In this document: positions 1 through 9,155 of the stretch, one piece after another
Layout: every line of letters begins with the position of its first letter
Position numbering within the stretch: the first letter of the stretch is position 1
NCBI GenBank assembly: GCA_035499455.1
Contig: DATJYS010000007.1
Location: forward strand, 130,787-194,786
Reading direction: 5' to 3'
DNA length: 64,000 nucleotides
Source of the DNA: Thermoplasmata archaeon
Lineage (GTDB): Archaea; Thermoplasmatota; Thermoplasmata; Lutacidiplasmatales; UBA184
Position numbers and translations under genes: made by a program
The notes under the pieces: model-generated
The model's input: the letters and a program-made list of their open reading frames with translations, nothing else
Told to the model about the DNA's origin: nothing
Database searches by the model: none

Positions 1-527
1 GCCCGTCCACGCCCCAGAAGGCCCAAGAGGAGCCTCTCGATCTCCTCGCGGTCGGGATACGAAGCCCCCGCCGGCTTGGGGGACCCAACGTACTGCTCGA
101 CCAGGGCGTCCCACGAATCGATGAGGACCATGCCCGGATTCCCGGGCCCTATCCGCGAGAAGGCGTCCATGACGGCATCGGGGAGCCACAGCTGCTCCAA
201 CTCCGGATCGGGGGGCGTCGACGCGACCAGTTCGGGGCTGGCGCGGATGGCCCGCGCCTTCGCGTCGATCCGAGTGGTCCCGGCAAACGACTCGATGACC
301 TCGACCGGGCCCTCGGGCCCCGAGCCTAGCCAGGGATAGTCGTGCTCTATCTCGCTCTTCGTCACTCGACTCGTGATCAGTATTCGCTTCCCCCGGAAGG
401 CGCTCAGCACGGTCAGACCCAGGGTTGACTTCCCCGCTCCCGGCTCCCCGCGAATGAGGAGCGAGCGCGGGGGCTCGCGAAGGTTGAACTCGACCAGCTC
501 CGGGGGAAGTCGCAAGAGAACGCTCAC
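1..527 (-). CDS. KaiC/RadA-like RecA-superfamily ATPase; 5' part of the gene only, C-terminus lies beyond the window edge
   Basis: Reverse-strand translation from a GTG at 527 gives VSVLLRLPPELVEFNLREPPRSLLIRGEPGAGKSTLGL...MVLIDSWDALVEQY. This has a Walker A motif (GEPGAGKST) and a KaiC-like layout. No stop occurs before position 1. A TATA-like island (rc tcaaatatagtact, 575-590) sits ~45 nt upstream. Confidence 0.6.
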   Translation of the reverse strand, partial: MSVLLRLPPELVEFNLREPPRSLLIRGEPGAGKSTLGLTVLSAFRGKRILITSRVTKSEIEHDYPWLGSGPEGPVEVIESFAGTTRIDAKARAIRASPELVASTPPDPELEQLWLPDAVMDAFSRIGPGNPGMVLIDSWDALVEQYVGSPKPAGASYPDREEIERLLLGLLGRGR

Positions 528-856
528 GGTTGCTACTCCGGGCAGTTTGCAAAGCAGAGATGCTGTGGAGTACTATATTTGAGGTGGGTTCTCGGAGCGG
601 CACACTCTATCGAACCTGGGGCCCCGGGTTCAGAATCGATCGAACGCATCTCCGAGGCGGCGACGGAGGGCCACCGAACTCGGTACTTCGATCCTCTTTG
701 TCGGCTTTCCGGGGATCGTCGGGACTCAACGTCTCGGCTTCGTCAGAAGACCAGAGTTGCAAGAGGGTCGCCGACGACGGTGAGTCGGCCCGGGAAGCGG
801 TTGGGGGGGGGGACCGATCGAAAATTCTCTTGTATGCAAACGTCCATGAACCGCCG

Positions 857-1408
857 ATGCCGGCTGCGGGCAGTCCTCCGTACCAAGACTACGGTCGGAC
901 TCTCCCCCAAGCTTCGGGAAGCAGACCGAGCACGCGGAGAGGCTCTGCTCGAAAACTGGCAACGCTGGTACTCGTGGTCGGCCTCGCAGTCCTCCTGGTC
1001 CTTTCGTTGATCCCGCTGCGCTCCGTTGGGGTCGTAGCCTCCCGCGCCACCTCCTACGCTGTCGAAGTTCCGGCCGACGGGTTTGGAGCCCAGTCGGTAA
1101 ACCGAAATTTCCTGAGCCTCTGCAACTCCAACCTCGGGGCGGCTGGTGGAAACTTCACCTATTGGGTGGCCTGGCACGTTCTGGGAGCCGCTCAACCGAG
1201 TTACGTCCGACTTCAAGAGATACCGTTCGCTACGCTGTACAACGAGAGCGGGCTCCGGTCGGGCGGGTTTGCCCAGTCGAATGCATCTGCCCTAGAGATG
1301 TTCTGCTCGGGAAACTTGTTTCTCGGCGCTTACTCGACTGTTGCGCTCAATCTCTCCGTTCAGGTGGGAGTCGTGTACGACCATCCCGTGAAGATTCCGA
1401 TCCTCTAA
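857..1408 (+). CDS. signal-anchored secreted or membrane hypothetical protein
   Basis: Internal ATG at 857 of ORF 530..1408. An N-terminal basic stretch is followed by one TM helix (LATLVLVVGLAVLLVLSLIPL) and a non-biased extracellular domain. The upstream part of the ORF is R/G-rich junk. Confidence 0.4.
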   Translation: MPAAGSPPYQDYGRTLPQASGSRPSTRRGSARKLATLVLVVGLAVLLVLSLIPLRSVGVVASRATSYAVEVPADGFGAQSVNRNFLSLCNSNLGAAGGNFTYWVAWHVLGAAQPSYVRLQEIPFATLYNESGLRSGGFAQSNASALEMFCSGNLFLGAYSTVALNLSVQVGVVYDHPVKIPIL

Positions 1409-1609
1409 CCTGCGCCGACGGGCCGAGAGAGCTTCCGCGAAACCTGCCTACGGAGCTTCGTCGACAGTGCTTCGGGGGACTCTTCTCGGAGTGCACCCCC
1501 CCCGGCGCGAGGCTTCAACGGTAGTAGGACGGAGTCGGCACTCGCCAGACTGAGATCGGTGCCGCGGTCTACGGCTCGACAGCCGAGCCAACGCCGGCGT
1601 TGGCAGCCC

Positions 1610-2188
1610 TTAGAGTCGACGGATCAACGATTCGATATCGGGGCGGGCCAGCTCCGATCGGACGTAGGCGAGGCGCTCCTGGATCGTGGCGTCGGTACCA
1701 AATCGTCGCGCGATCTCCTCGACCTTTCCGAGGCGCCCGGACGCCACTCCATCGATCACGTTCGTGACGATCTTCTCTGCGTAGGCCTTCCATCGCTTTG
1801 TCAGGAGCCGCGTGTACCAGACTACCTCCGGGGTTGCATAGGCGATCCCGTCGGCCTCGGTCGAGCCCTCCGTGCACAGGAAGCGAAAGAACTGCTCGGC
1901 GGGCTTGCTCCCCGAGAAGGCGGCGGAGTTGATCACGTCGAGCGGGACTCCCCCCAGCGAGAGGATCCGGAATCGCGCGAGCTGGTCGCTCTCCCAGTCG
2001 AACGCGAGGTCCTTCGCCGTGCGCAGCAGCTTGATCGTCTTTCCGAAGTCATCGGTCGCGACCATCACATCGACGTCGTGGGTGCTGGTGGCCGCGGTCT
2101 GGGCCACCGCCTGTCCGCCGACCACAACAAAGGGTATGCCCAATCGTTTCAGCAGTACGTCGGCCGCCGCTACTCCCGGCTCGGTCAT
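1610..2188 (-). CDS. nucleotidyltransferase-fold (Pol-beta-like NTase) protein
   Basis: Carries G-G...D-x-D (VVVGGQAVAQTAATSTHDVDVMV), typical of minimal NTase-fold proteins. Its start overlaps the stop of the upstream gene by 4 nt. Confidence 0.55.
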   Translation of the reverse strand: MTEPGVAAADVLLKRLGIPFVVVGGQAVAQTAATSTHDVDVMVATDDFGKTIKLLRTAKDLAFDWESDQLARFRILSLGGVPLDVINSAAFSGSKPAEQFFRFLCTEGSTEADGIAYATPEVVWYTRLLTKRWKAYAEKIVTNVIDGVASGRLGKVEEIARRFGTDATIQERLAYVRSELARPDIESLIRRL

Positions 2189-2763
2189 GCCGCCGCCGGG
2201 AGGGGGGGATTATTCTTCTCGACCCATCGAAGTTCCTCGCGCGGTAAGGATTCGCCGACGACCGGAAGCGCTCGGGCAAAATCCTGGAGCCGGACCTTGG
2301 TGGCCGCGCGCTCGAGCCCCTCGTTTCGGATCCGCCGGTATAGTTCGTTCGGGTCGAGAGACCCCTTGTTCCGCGTCGCGACGACCCGGGCGGCCAACGG
2401 ATCGAATCGAAGGAGGAGCGCCACCAGTTCCTCGAGGCCCGGTTCGCGTAGCGTCTCCGGGTCCTTTACCGGCAGGATGCGGAACTCCGAGGTGACCTTC
2501 CCCGAAAGGCCTTCCGGGAGTGCGAGCCACGGGCGAAACTGGACGGGATACCCGGATCTGGTCACCCGATCTGAGGTGAGCAGGAAGGCAGGAACCCGGT
2601 GCTTACGAAGGCGCTCCACGTCAACGACCGATCGGATCAGCGGGCGATACTCCTTCTTGGGGCGCCCTCGAACCTTGGCCGGTCGAGGAAGCATCTCTTG
2701 GGGCAGAGGGCGTTCTCCTGGCTCTCGGAACAGGCCCGCCTCAACCCTCATTGGATAGGTCAT
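2185..2763 (-). CDS. hypothetical protein co-transcribed with the NTase (possible antitoxin or regulator partner)
   Basis: 192-aa ORF with non-biased composition. It overlaps the downstream NTase gene by 4 bp. A strong TATA island lies immediately upstream at 2766-2800. Confidence 0.45.
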   Translation of the reverse strand: MTYPMRVEAGLFREPGERPLPQEMLPRPAKVRGRPKKEYRPLIRSVVDVERLRKHRVPAFLLTSDRVTRSGYPVQFRPWLALPEGLSGKVTSEFRILPVKDPETLREPGLEELVALLLRFDPLAARVVATRNKGSLDPNELYRRIRNEGLERAATKVRLQDFARALPVVGESLPREELRWVEKNNPPLPAAA

Positions 2764-2765
2764 TG

Positions 2766-2800
2766 GGCTATTAAGTATAAATACTATATTTCTAGACCGT
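2766..2800. promoter_or_regulatory. AT-rich TATA-box island in a divergent promoter region
   Basis: The motif ttaagtataaatactatatttcta lies in a ~70% GC background. It sits between the divergent starts at 2763 (-) and 2846/2927 (+). Confidence 0.6.
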
Positions 2801-2926
2801 GGCTTCCGCGAAGATCTCCCGCCTCATGAGGGGGGACCCCACTTCGTGGGCGCGGCGCGCGCGTCGGGTGAAGCGTGGGACCTCGATCGCAGTCGAACTG
2901 ATGTAGCGCGGGGCGCTCGCCCTGAC

Positions 2927-3367
2927 ATGGCCCGAATGAACGACCAGGAAGGTAGCAAGTTTGACGCGCCGCTGGACGTCGTCTGGAAGTACCTGCAGAG
3001 TCCCGAAGCTCACGGGGCCGCCCACCAGGGTACTCGGAACCGCGCGATGAAACCGGTCAACGACACGTCGTTCGTCGTTTCGTGGGAGCAGAACATGAAC
3101 GGGAACTGGGTCAAAGTCGCGAACCGCATCACCGTCTTCCCGCCCCTCGGGATGGTCGCCGAGGCGATCGAGGGCCCGATGTCCGGGTCCAAGATGTTCA
3201 CCGTCTACACGCCGCACGGACACCAGACCGAGGTGTCGATCTATGGGGAGATGCAGGGCGCCGGAGTCCCCCCGGCCCAGCTCGAGGCGATGGTGCGCGG
3301 CGCATGGGAGATGGCGTTCAACGAGGACTCCGCCGGCATCAAGGCGTTCCACAAGGGGTCGAAGTAA
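2927..3367 (+). CDS. SRPBCC (Bet v1 / polyketide cyclase-like) ligand-binding domain protein
   Basis: MARMNDQEGSKFDAPLDVVWKYLQSPEAH... is an SRPBCC-type N-terminus. Starts at an internal ATG of ORF 2846..3367. Confidence 0.55.
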   Translation: MARMNDQEGSKFDAPLDVVWKYLQSPEAHGAAHQGTRNRAMKPVNDTSFVVSWEQNMNGNWVKVANRITVFPPLGMVAEAIEGPMSGSKMFTVYTPHGHQTEVSIYGEMQGAGVPPAQLEAMVRGAWEMAFNEDSAGIKAFHKGSK

Positions 3368-3482
3368 TCGTCGTCGTCGTACCTCGGCCGCGGCGCCACG
3401 GCGGACGCCCCGGCCGAGCCTCCACCCGCAGCCACGATGGATCGGGTGGCGATAGCCGTCCCGGACCAGTTTGGCCCGGGCA

Positions 3483-3776
3483 CTACCGGGTGGGGCCCTC
3501 GACCGAGACCATCCTCGGAGTGGTCGCCCCGTCCTTCCGCAGCTTCAGGACGGGCGCGTACTCGGCAGAAGCGTACCACGCCCGGAGCGCCTCCGCATTC
3601 GGGAACTCGAGGATGACGACGCGCGGCGGGTTCCAGTCCCCCTCGATCACCGTGGGGGAGCCGGCGCAGAGCGTCTTCCCCCCGTACTTTTCGAGAGCCG
3701 GTCCGAACTTCTCGCGGTACTCCTTCGCCTTGGCCTGGTCGTGCCAGTCGATCTCCGTGATCAGATAGGTCGACAT
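3483..3776 (-). CDS. DUF1330 family protein
   Basis: 97 aa: MSTYLITEIDWHDQAKAKEYREKFGPALEKYGGK...VILEFPNAEALRAWYASAEY. Size and motifs match DUF1330. Confidence 0.6.
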   Translation of the reverse strand: MSTYLITEIDWHDQAKAKEYREKFGPALEKYGGKTLCAGSPTVIEGDWNPPRVVILEFPNAEALRAWYASAEYAPVLKLRKDGATTPRMVSVEGPTR

Positions 3777-3806
3777 CCTCGCTCGCCCGGGGACTCCCTA
3801 CCGCGG

Positions 3807-4610
3807 ATGAGCATAACAGGAACTTCCGGCGGGACCATCGCAGAAGCGCTCCCGGGAAGTCGCTTTAACAGCCGCACCATCCACCGCCCGGTCATGGAGC
3901 CGCTGTCCCCTCCCCGCTCGGTCCGCATCCTTCCCGGGGAGATCGAGACTCGAGTGGTTACGACCCGACTCCTGGTTCCCTCCCCCTCGCAATCGAACTG
4001 GAGCCCGTTCCGACGGGTCGCCGAGAGCATTGCGAACCGGGCGCGCCAGCTTCCGGCGCACGCCCACGAACGCGAGGAGATCCTGACGTACGTGACCGAG
4101 GGGTTTGCCGCCTACCAGCTCGAAGGTTCCGAAGCCACCCCTCTCGAACGCGGGAGCGGGCGGCTCCTTACCGTCGCCGGACGCGTGAGCCACCGGGTAA
4201 GCCCTGCGAAGGGGGGAGCCATCCGATGGTTCAACCTCGTGCTGGGTTTGCCCAGCGGCCCGGCGTCCGAACCCCGCCTTCAAACGATGAACCCCGAGGC
4301 GCCGACGATCGAAGAGGACACGGTGAGCGTCCGCCCGATCGTGGGCCGCCACGCTCCGATGGAGTCGCGGGCGGGGCTCGAGTGCCAGGAGCTCCGCTTC
4401 CCCAACGAGGGCACCACGTTCCGACGACTCGGTTCGGAGCGCCGATCGATTCTCTACGCCATGTCGGGCCGGGGCACCGTGGATCAGAAGGACATCGAGG
4501 GCGGCGAGGCCGCCTTCATGGAAGGTCTTCCCGGGGTCGCGATCCACGGAGGCGAGGGGTTCTCCGCGATCCTGGTCTCGGCTCCCGTCTCTCCCTCCTC
4601 GGTCTCGTAG
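3807..4610 (+). CDS. pirin-family cupin protein
   Basis: HAHEREEILTYVTEGFAAYQLEGSE...GAIRWFNLVLGLP matches the pirin N-terminal cupin motif. Starts at an internal ATG (3807) of ORF 3471..4610, because the upstream part is antisense to the DUF1330 gene. Confidence 0.6.
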   Translation: MSITGTSGGTIAEALPGSRFNSRTIHRPVMEPLSPPRSVRILPGEIETRVVTTRLLVPSPSQSNWSPFRRVAESIANRARQLPAHAHEREEILTYVTEGFAAYQLEGSEATPLERGSGRLLTVAGRVSHRVSPAKGGAIRWFNLVLGLPSGPASEPRLQTMNPEAPTIEEDTVSVRPIVGRHAPMESRAGLECQELRFPNEGTTFRRLGSERRSILYAMSGRGTVDQKDIEGGEAAFMEGLPGVAIHGGEGFSAILVSAPVSPSSVS

Positions 4611-4701
4611 TCGAACTCGCAGGATTCGACCCGGCTCCCCTCACGCGTCACGGATCACGAACCCCCGGGGGCCCTGTGGGCGCGGCGAGTCCATCGTTGA
4701 C

Positions 4702-5679
4702 TCACGGCGTGATGACCACCCGGCCGACGGCGGAACCGCTGTCGACGAAGCGGTGCGCCTCGGGTACGTCCTCCAGGCGATATTGGCGGTCGATCGAGGC
4801 TCGGATCCGACCTGCTTCGATGATCCGGCGAAGGTAATCCAGGTCCGAAGCCCTAGGGGGAGACCCTCGAACCACGACCTTCTTGTCGTCCCTACCGATG
4901 GCCCACGGAGCCCGGAGCCACGCTGCGAGGTGAGGATTCGCGATGAGGTATGAGCCCCCGGCGTTCAACGCTCCCAAGCACGTCGAAAAATCAGCCTGGC
5001 CGACCACGTCGAGGATGACGTCGTAGGCGTTGACGGCCGTGCCGAAGTCTTCCCGGGAGTAGTCGATCACCCGGTCGGCCCCCAGTCGAAGCATCAGGTC
5101 CATCTTCCGGGGGTGATCGACCCCCGTCACATCGGCGCCCAGGAACTTGGCGATCTGGACCGCCAGGGCGCCGATCCCCCCGGCGGCGCCGTTGATCAGG
5201 ATTGTTCGTCCTTCTAGACGCCCGGCCTTCCGGAGAAAGTGCAGTGCCTCTAGGCCCCCGGTGGGGATCGTCGCCGCCTCCTCGAAACTCATGTTGGCCG
5301 GCTTGATCGCCACCGCGCTGTCCCGGGCCGCCTCGTGCACGCAGAGGTACTCGGCATACGCGCCGAAACGGAACCCCGTCGTGCCGTAGACCTCGTCACC
5401 GACCCGGAACCGTGTCGCCCGAGCACCCACGGCCTCCACCACTCCGGCGAACTCCTGACCGAGGATCTTCCGGCGGGGATGGACCGGCCCCATCAACAGA
5501 CGCACCACGAAACGCATGCCGACCCCGAAGCGGAGGGCGCGGAGCTCGCAGTCGCCCGCCGCTACGGCGGTCGCCCGGACCCGAACGAGCAGCTCCTTCG
5601 CCCTGGGAACCGGCTTCGGTACGTCCTGGAGCTGGAGACCTTCCGCCGAGCCGTACGCGGTCCAGACGATCGCTCGCAT
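4702..5679 (-). CDS. zinc-type alcohol dehydrogenase / quinone oxidoreductase (MDR superfamily)
   Basis: Has the GAAGGIG nucleotide-binding motif, a GroES-like N-terminus and VGDEVYG. Confidence 0.7.
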   Translation of the reverse strand: MRAIVWTAYGSAEGLQLQDVPKPVPRAKELLVRVRATAVAAGDCELRALRFGVGMRFVVRLLMGPVHPRRKILGQEFAGVVEAVGARATRFRVGDEVYGTTGFRFGAYAEYLCVHEAARDSAVAIKPANMSFEEAATIPTGGLEALHFLRKAGRLEGRTILINGAAGGIGALAVQIAKFLGADVTGVDHPRKMDLMLRLGADRVIDYSREDFGTAVNAYDVILDVVGQADFSTCLGALNAGGSYLIANPHLAAWLRAPWAIGRDDKKVVVRGSPPRASDLDYLRRIIEAGRIRASIDRQYRLEDVPEAHRFVDSGSAVGRVVITP

Positions 5680-5745
5680 CGCAATCCGGCTCCTTCCCGC
5701 GTGGGGATCACGCCCCCGCTTGGACTGTTGGTCGGGGAGCGGACG

Positions 5746-6501
5746 CTAGCTCCGAGTCGGCGCCAGGCCCGGAGCGACGTGCCCCTTCGACAGACCGTAG
5801 ACCTTCCACCCGAGGAGGAAGGGGAAGACGACGAACGTGAGCGCGGCCGGGATTGCGAAGATCGCGGACGTGACGGGGACCGCCGCGACGCCGGCGAGCC
5901 CGACGACGCCGATCACCGCGGTCACTCCTCCGAGCCCCTTGCCAAAGGCGGAGGCGCGGGTCATCGCCAGACCCAGCAGGATGAATCCCACGGAGAGGAA
6001 GATGTAGGCGCAGGTGTCGAACTCGTTGAACATCCCCTGGGTCGCTTGCCATGCGATCACGGCGGCGTCTTGCTGGGCGAGGGTCGCACCTGCGGCGTGG
6101 TATTGCGCCGAGATCTGGGCCATCGCGACGTTCGGCTCGCTCTCGACGGCCAGCACGGCGAGTCCCAGGAAGCTCAGCGCGAACCCGAACAGGGCCGGAG
6201 CGAGGCTCGAACGCCGGAGCGACCGGTAGAGGGCCAGGAAGAGCGGGACCATCAGGATGGTCCCGACCAGGAACAGCGTCTGACCTACGATGATCTGATC
6301 GTGAAGACCGGGGAATCGCATGATCGGTCCCGACCCCTCGGCGGTGGTCCCGGTTCCGATGAACACCACCTGGTAGACGATCGATGCAACGAAGACGATC
6401 CCGCCGAGCAATCCGGACACGCCGCCCCAACGGACGACGGCGGTCTCTTCCTCCGCCGAGAGCCCCTGGTACCCTGCCGACATGGAATCCCCAGGCGCCA
6501 A
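5746..6501 (-). CDS. multi-pass membrane protein, hypothetical
   Basis: ~6 predicted TM helices with non-biased composition. The antisense plus-strand ORFs are R/D/G-rich junk. Confidence 0.5.
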   Translation of the reverse strand: MAPGDSMSAGYQGLSAEEETAVVRWGGVSGLLGGIVFVASIVYQVVFIGTGTTAEGSGPIMRFPGLHDQIIVGQTLFLVGTILMVPLFLALYRSLRRSSLAPALFGFALSFLGLAVLAVESEPNVAMAQISAQYHAAGATLAQQDAAVIAWQATQGMFNEFDTCAYIFLSVGFILLGLAMTRASAFGKGLGGVTAVIGVVGLAGVAAVPVTSAIFAIPAALTFVVFPFLLGWKVYGLSKGHVAPGLAPTRS

Positions 6502-6666
6502 AGGGGATAACGGCCCGCTACGGTGTGTAAATGCGGAGCGTTGCCCCCGAGATTAGCGGAGTAGGTTGAACGGCGGAGACCGTTCCGACCGCCGGGGGGG
6601 CGTTGCGGACCCTCCCCGAAAGCTCTACCCCGTGGCCCGGTATCGCATCCCAGCCAAGAACGTTCG

Positions 6667-7260
6667 ATGCCGCTCACGTCCAAGCCCCTCTCCGCTGCCA
6701 CCTGGCCCGCGTTCGCCCAGCTCGTCGAGAAGCACGGCGGGATCTTCGGCGGCTGCTGGTGCATCTCGTTCCATCTCGTTCCCGGGGAGGGGAAACGCGG
6801 GGCCGCGGCGTACCGCGCGATGAAGGAGGAGCGGGTGCGGGAAGGACGGGCGCACGCCGCGCTCGTCTTCGACGGGTCGAACGCCATCGGATGGTGCCAG
6901 TTTGGCCCGACCGCGGAGCTCCCCAATATCCGGAGCAAGAAGGTCTACGAGGAAGGATTGGGCAAGCTCCCCGACTGGCGCATCACCTGCTTCTTCATCG
7001 ACCGAGAGCGCCGAGGGGAGGGGGTCGCCTCGCTCGCCCTCCGCGAGGCGCTTCGGTTCATCGCCCAGCAAGGCGGCGGAGCGGTCGAGGGGTACCCGGA
7101 GGACTACACGGGAGAGAAGACCTCCGCTTCGTTCCTCTGCAGCGGGACCCTCGCCATGTTCGAGAAGGCGGGGTTCCATAAGCAGCGCAAGATCGCGATG
7201 CGTCGATGGGTCGTCGCTCGGCGGGTCCGCTCTGCGAAAGCGCGCCCCCGACGTGGGTGA
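6667..7260 (+). CDS. GNAT family N-acetyltransferase
   Basis: Acetyl-CoA binding motif region ...RRGEGVASLALREALRFIAQQGG... and overall size. Confidence 0.6.
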   Translation: MPLTSKPLSAATWPAFAQLVEKHGGIFGGCWCISFHLVPGEGKRGAAAYRAMKEERVREGRAHAALVFDGSNAIGWCQFGPTAELPNIRSKKVYEEGLGKLPDWRITCFFIDRERRGEGVASLALREALRFIAQQGGGAVEGYPEDYTGEKTSASFLCSGTLAMFEKAGFHKQRKIAMRRWVVARRVRSAKARPRRG

Positions 7261-7275
7261 TCGGAACCCCAGGAA

Positions 7276-8082
7276 CTAGCAGGTCCCGGAGGTCGTCCTC
7301 TGCGAGACGACCCCTCCGACGCCCGCGTCCACGACCGTGGTCAGGGTCGACCCCGACGTGACGCTGTTCCCGTAGAGCGCGCAGGTCGTGTCGGTCACGA
7401 CCCACATAGGATCGCCCTTCGGCGCCCCGGAGACATAGCCGGGCGGTGCGAGGAAGAACTCGGCGCTCACGCCGGTCGAATTGGTGCCGGCGCTCGCGAA
7501 GAACGTCGTGCTCTTGGCCGTCGCGCCGGCCGTTCCCGCCGCCACGGTGCTATCGATCGGCACCGTCATGAACGCGCCGGGGCCGTTGTAGCACGCTCCG
7601 TTGGTGGGCGTCGTCGCCACCACCTCCGAAACCGAGCCTTCGACAGCGACGACAACCAGGGCGTTACCGGTCGCGAGGTAGGCGTACAGCCACTCCGTGG
7701 CGAGCCCCGCGGTGAGGGTGCCCCCGAACGCGGGAAGCGTCCCGGCGGACGCCAAGATGAGCGTCGGCGCGCAGAGAGTCGCCCCCAGGTGCGACGCGTT
7801 GACCGCGGGACCGAGCGGCGCCCCGGAGGCGAGTCCTTCCGCGAAAACCAGGGACGGTCCGGCGGGCGGCCAGCTCCAGAAGGAAGAACGCGCGGTGGAG
7901 GTCGCGGGACCGAGCGTCGTGTAGAACGAGGTCGGGTCCGCGGAGCTGCTGGGGTGGGGCGCTCCGCCGAGGTCGTAGTACGCGAACCCCGCGAGCACCG
8001 ACAGGGCGGCGACCACGACCGCCGCGCCCGCGAGCCACCGCCGGCGACGACGCTCTCGCTCGGCCTTCTCCGAGAACGCCAT
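7276..8082 (-). CDS. signal-anchored Ser/Thr/Gly/Ala-rich surface protein (probable N-glycosylated cell-surface protein)
   Basis: Start taken at MAFSEKAERERRRRRWLAGAAVVVAALSVLAGF (a TM anchor). The extracellular domain carries several N-x-S/T sequons. The longer upstream extension to 8208 is low-complexity. Confidence 0.4.
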   Translation of the reverse strand: MAFSEKAERERRRRRWLAGAAVVVAALSVLAGFAYYDLGGAPHPSSSADPTSFYTTLGPATSTARSSFWSWPPAGPSLVFAEGLASGAPLGPAVNASHLGATLCAPTLILASAGTLPAFGGTLTAGLATEWLYAYLATGNALVVVAVEGSVSEVVATTPTNGACYNGPGAFMTVPIDSTVAAGTAGATAKSTTFFASAGTNSTGVSAEFFLAPPGYVSGAPKGDPMWVVTDTTCALYGNSVTSGSTLTTVVDAGVGGVVSQRTTSGTC

Positions 8083-8464
8083 CCGACGCGACGCGAGCGC
8101 ACCCGCGAGTCCGCTTCGCAGACCCACCGCGTCGCCCTCCGGGTCGTTGACCGCCGGGGGACCCGGGGGCCGGATCTCCCTCCACGCGGGCCGGTCCGAG
8201 GCCCCCATTCTCGAGCGAACAGGCGGGTCCCTGGTACTTCAATCCTCGGTCAGCGGGTGCTGGACGGTGACGCGGTCCCAGCCCCGGCGTCGGGTCCGTA
8301 CCGAATTCCTCGCGCCGGAGGTGGCCCGGAGAGCACGCAATGGGACGCCGCAGGAAGGCCGAGCGAGTCCCTCCTTCCCGGGCAACGAGTTCGCATCGAA
8401 TGCTCGCGCCTCCGAGCAGGGCTTCACGTACCGGGGGCCGGGGGGTACGCTGGGCCGGAGCCGG

Positions 8465-8968
8465 TCAGCGAAGGTCCTCGGCGATCGCGACGGCGAAATG
8501 GGCCCACAGCTGGGAGTCCTCCCGACGAAGCTCGCGCGATCGACGGCGCCGGGCGGCCGGGGTCGGGGGGGTGCTGACCTGTTCGACCTGGGACCCGGTG
8601 AAGTGGAGGCTGCAGGCTCGGCCCCCGGTCGACCGAAGCTCGTACAGAAACTGCGAGTATCGGGCGGGGCCGCTCAGATGGGTCGAGGTCCACGACCACC
8701 GGTCGGGGTAGAGGTGCACCAGCTTCGTCTTCACCGTCCGGGCACCCCGCCTCGCGCCGAACGGGTCTTGCTCGAACGAGTCCGTCAGCAGGATGAGATT
8801 CCGCGAGAGACGTTGGACCCGGCGGCGCGCTCGCAGTCCCCCGAGCTCGAGGTCCGACGCGCGATAGTCCGTCGCCCACTCGTACGCCCGGCGCCTCGGA
8901 ACCGGTAGTCTCGTCCGGAATCCGTAAGTGAACCGCGCGAGCGGCATTCGGGCGGCCGCATCGGGCAC
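8465..8968 (-). CDS. SRPBCC-superfamily protein (paralog of 16168..16677)
   Basis: Alignable to the product of 16168..16677: YEWATDYRASDLELG / YRWCTDYTPGDARLEG, and RVQRLSRNLILLTDSFE / RRILRRSPREVVYEDLE. Confidence 0.5.
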   Translation of the reverse strand: MPDAAARMPLARFTYGFRTRLPVPRRRAYEWATDYRASDLELGGLRARRRVQRLSRNLILLTDSFEQDPFGARRGARTVKTKLVHLYPDRWSWTSTHLSGPARYSQFLYELRSTGGRACSLHFTGSQVEQVSTPPTPAARRRRSRELRREDSQLWAHFAVAIAEDLR

Positions 8969-9155
8969 CGGAGGATAAGGCCCCGGAACTCACCGCGGGA
9001 CACGCTTCCAAGAACGGCAAACCCGAGACCGGAACACGGGGCGCGCGCAGAGCAACACCCGAGCACCCCCGGGTGACATTTCTGAGACGGTTCGGCCGAG
9101 GCGTCACCGCCCGGCGCGAGGTGCGCGCCGGGCCGGCGGATCGGGGCGCTGCGCT

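Noticed and set aside
630-660. tRNA-like T-arm motif ccgggttcagaatcgatc
   Set aside because: No complementary T-stem strand. No acceptor, D or anticodon arms could be built around it. No other tRNA-like T-loops found in intergenic regions by eye.
5335-6510. 391-aa plus-strand ORF rich in R/D/E/G
   Set aside because: Antisense to the multi-TM membrane protein gene 5746..6501. Composition not protein-like.
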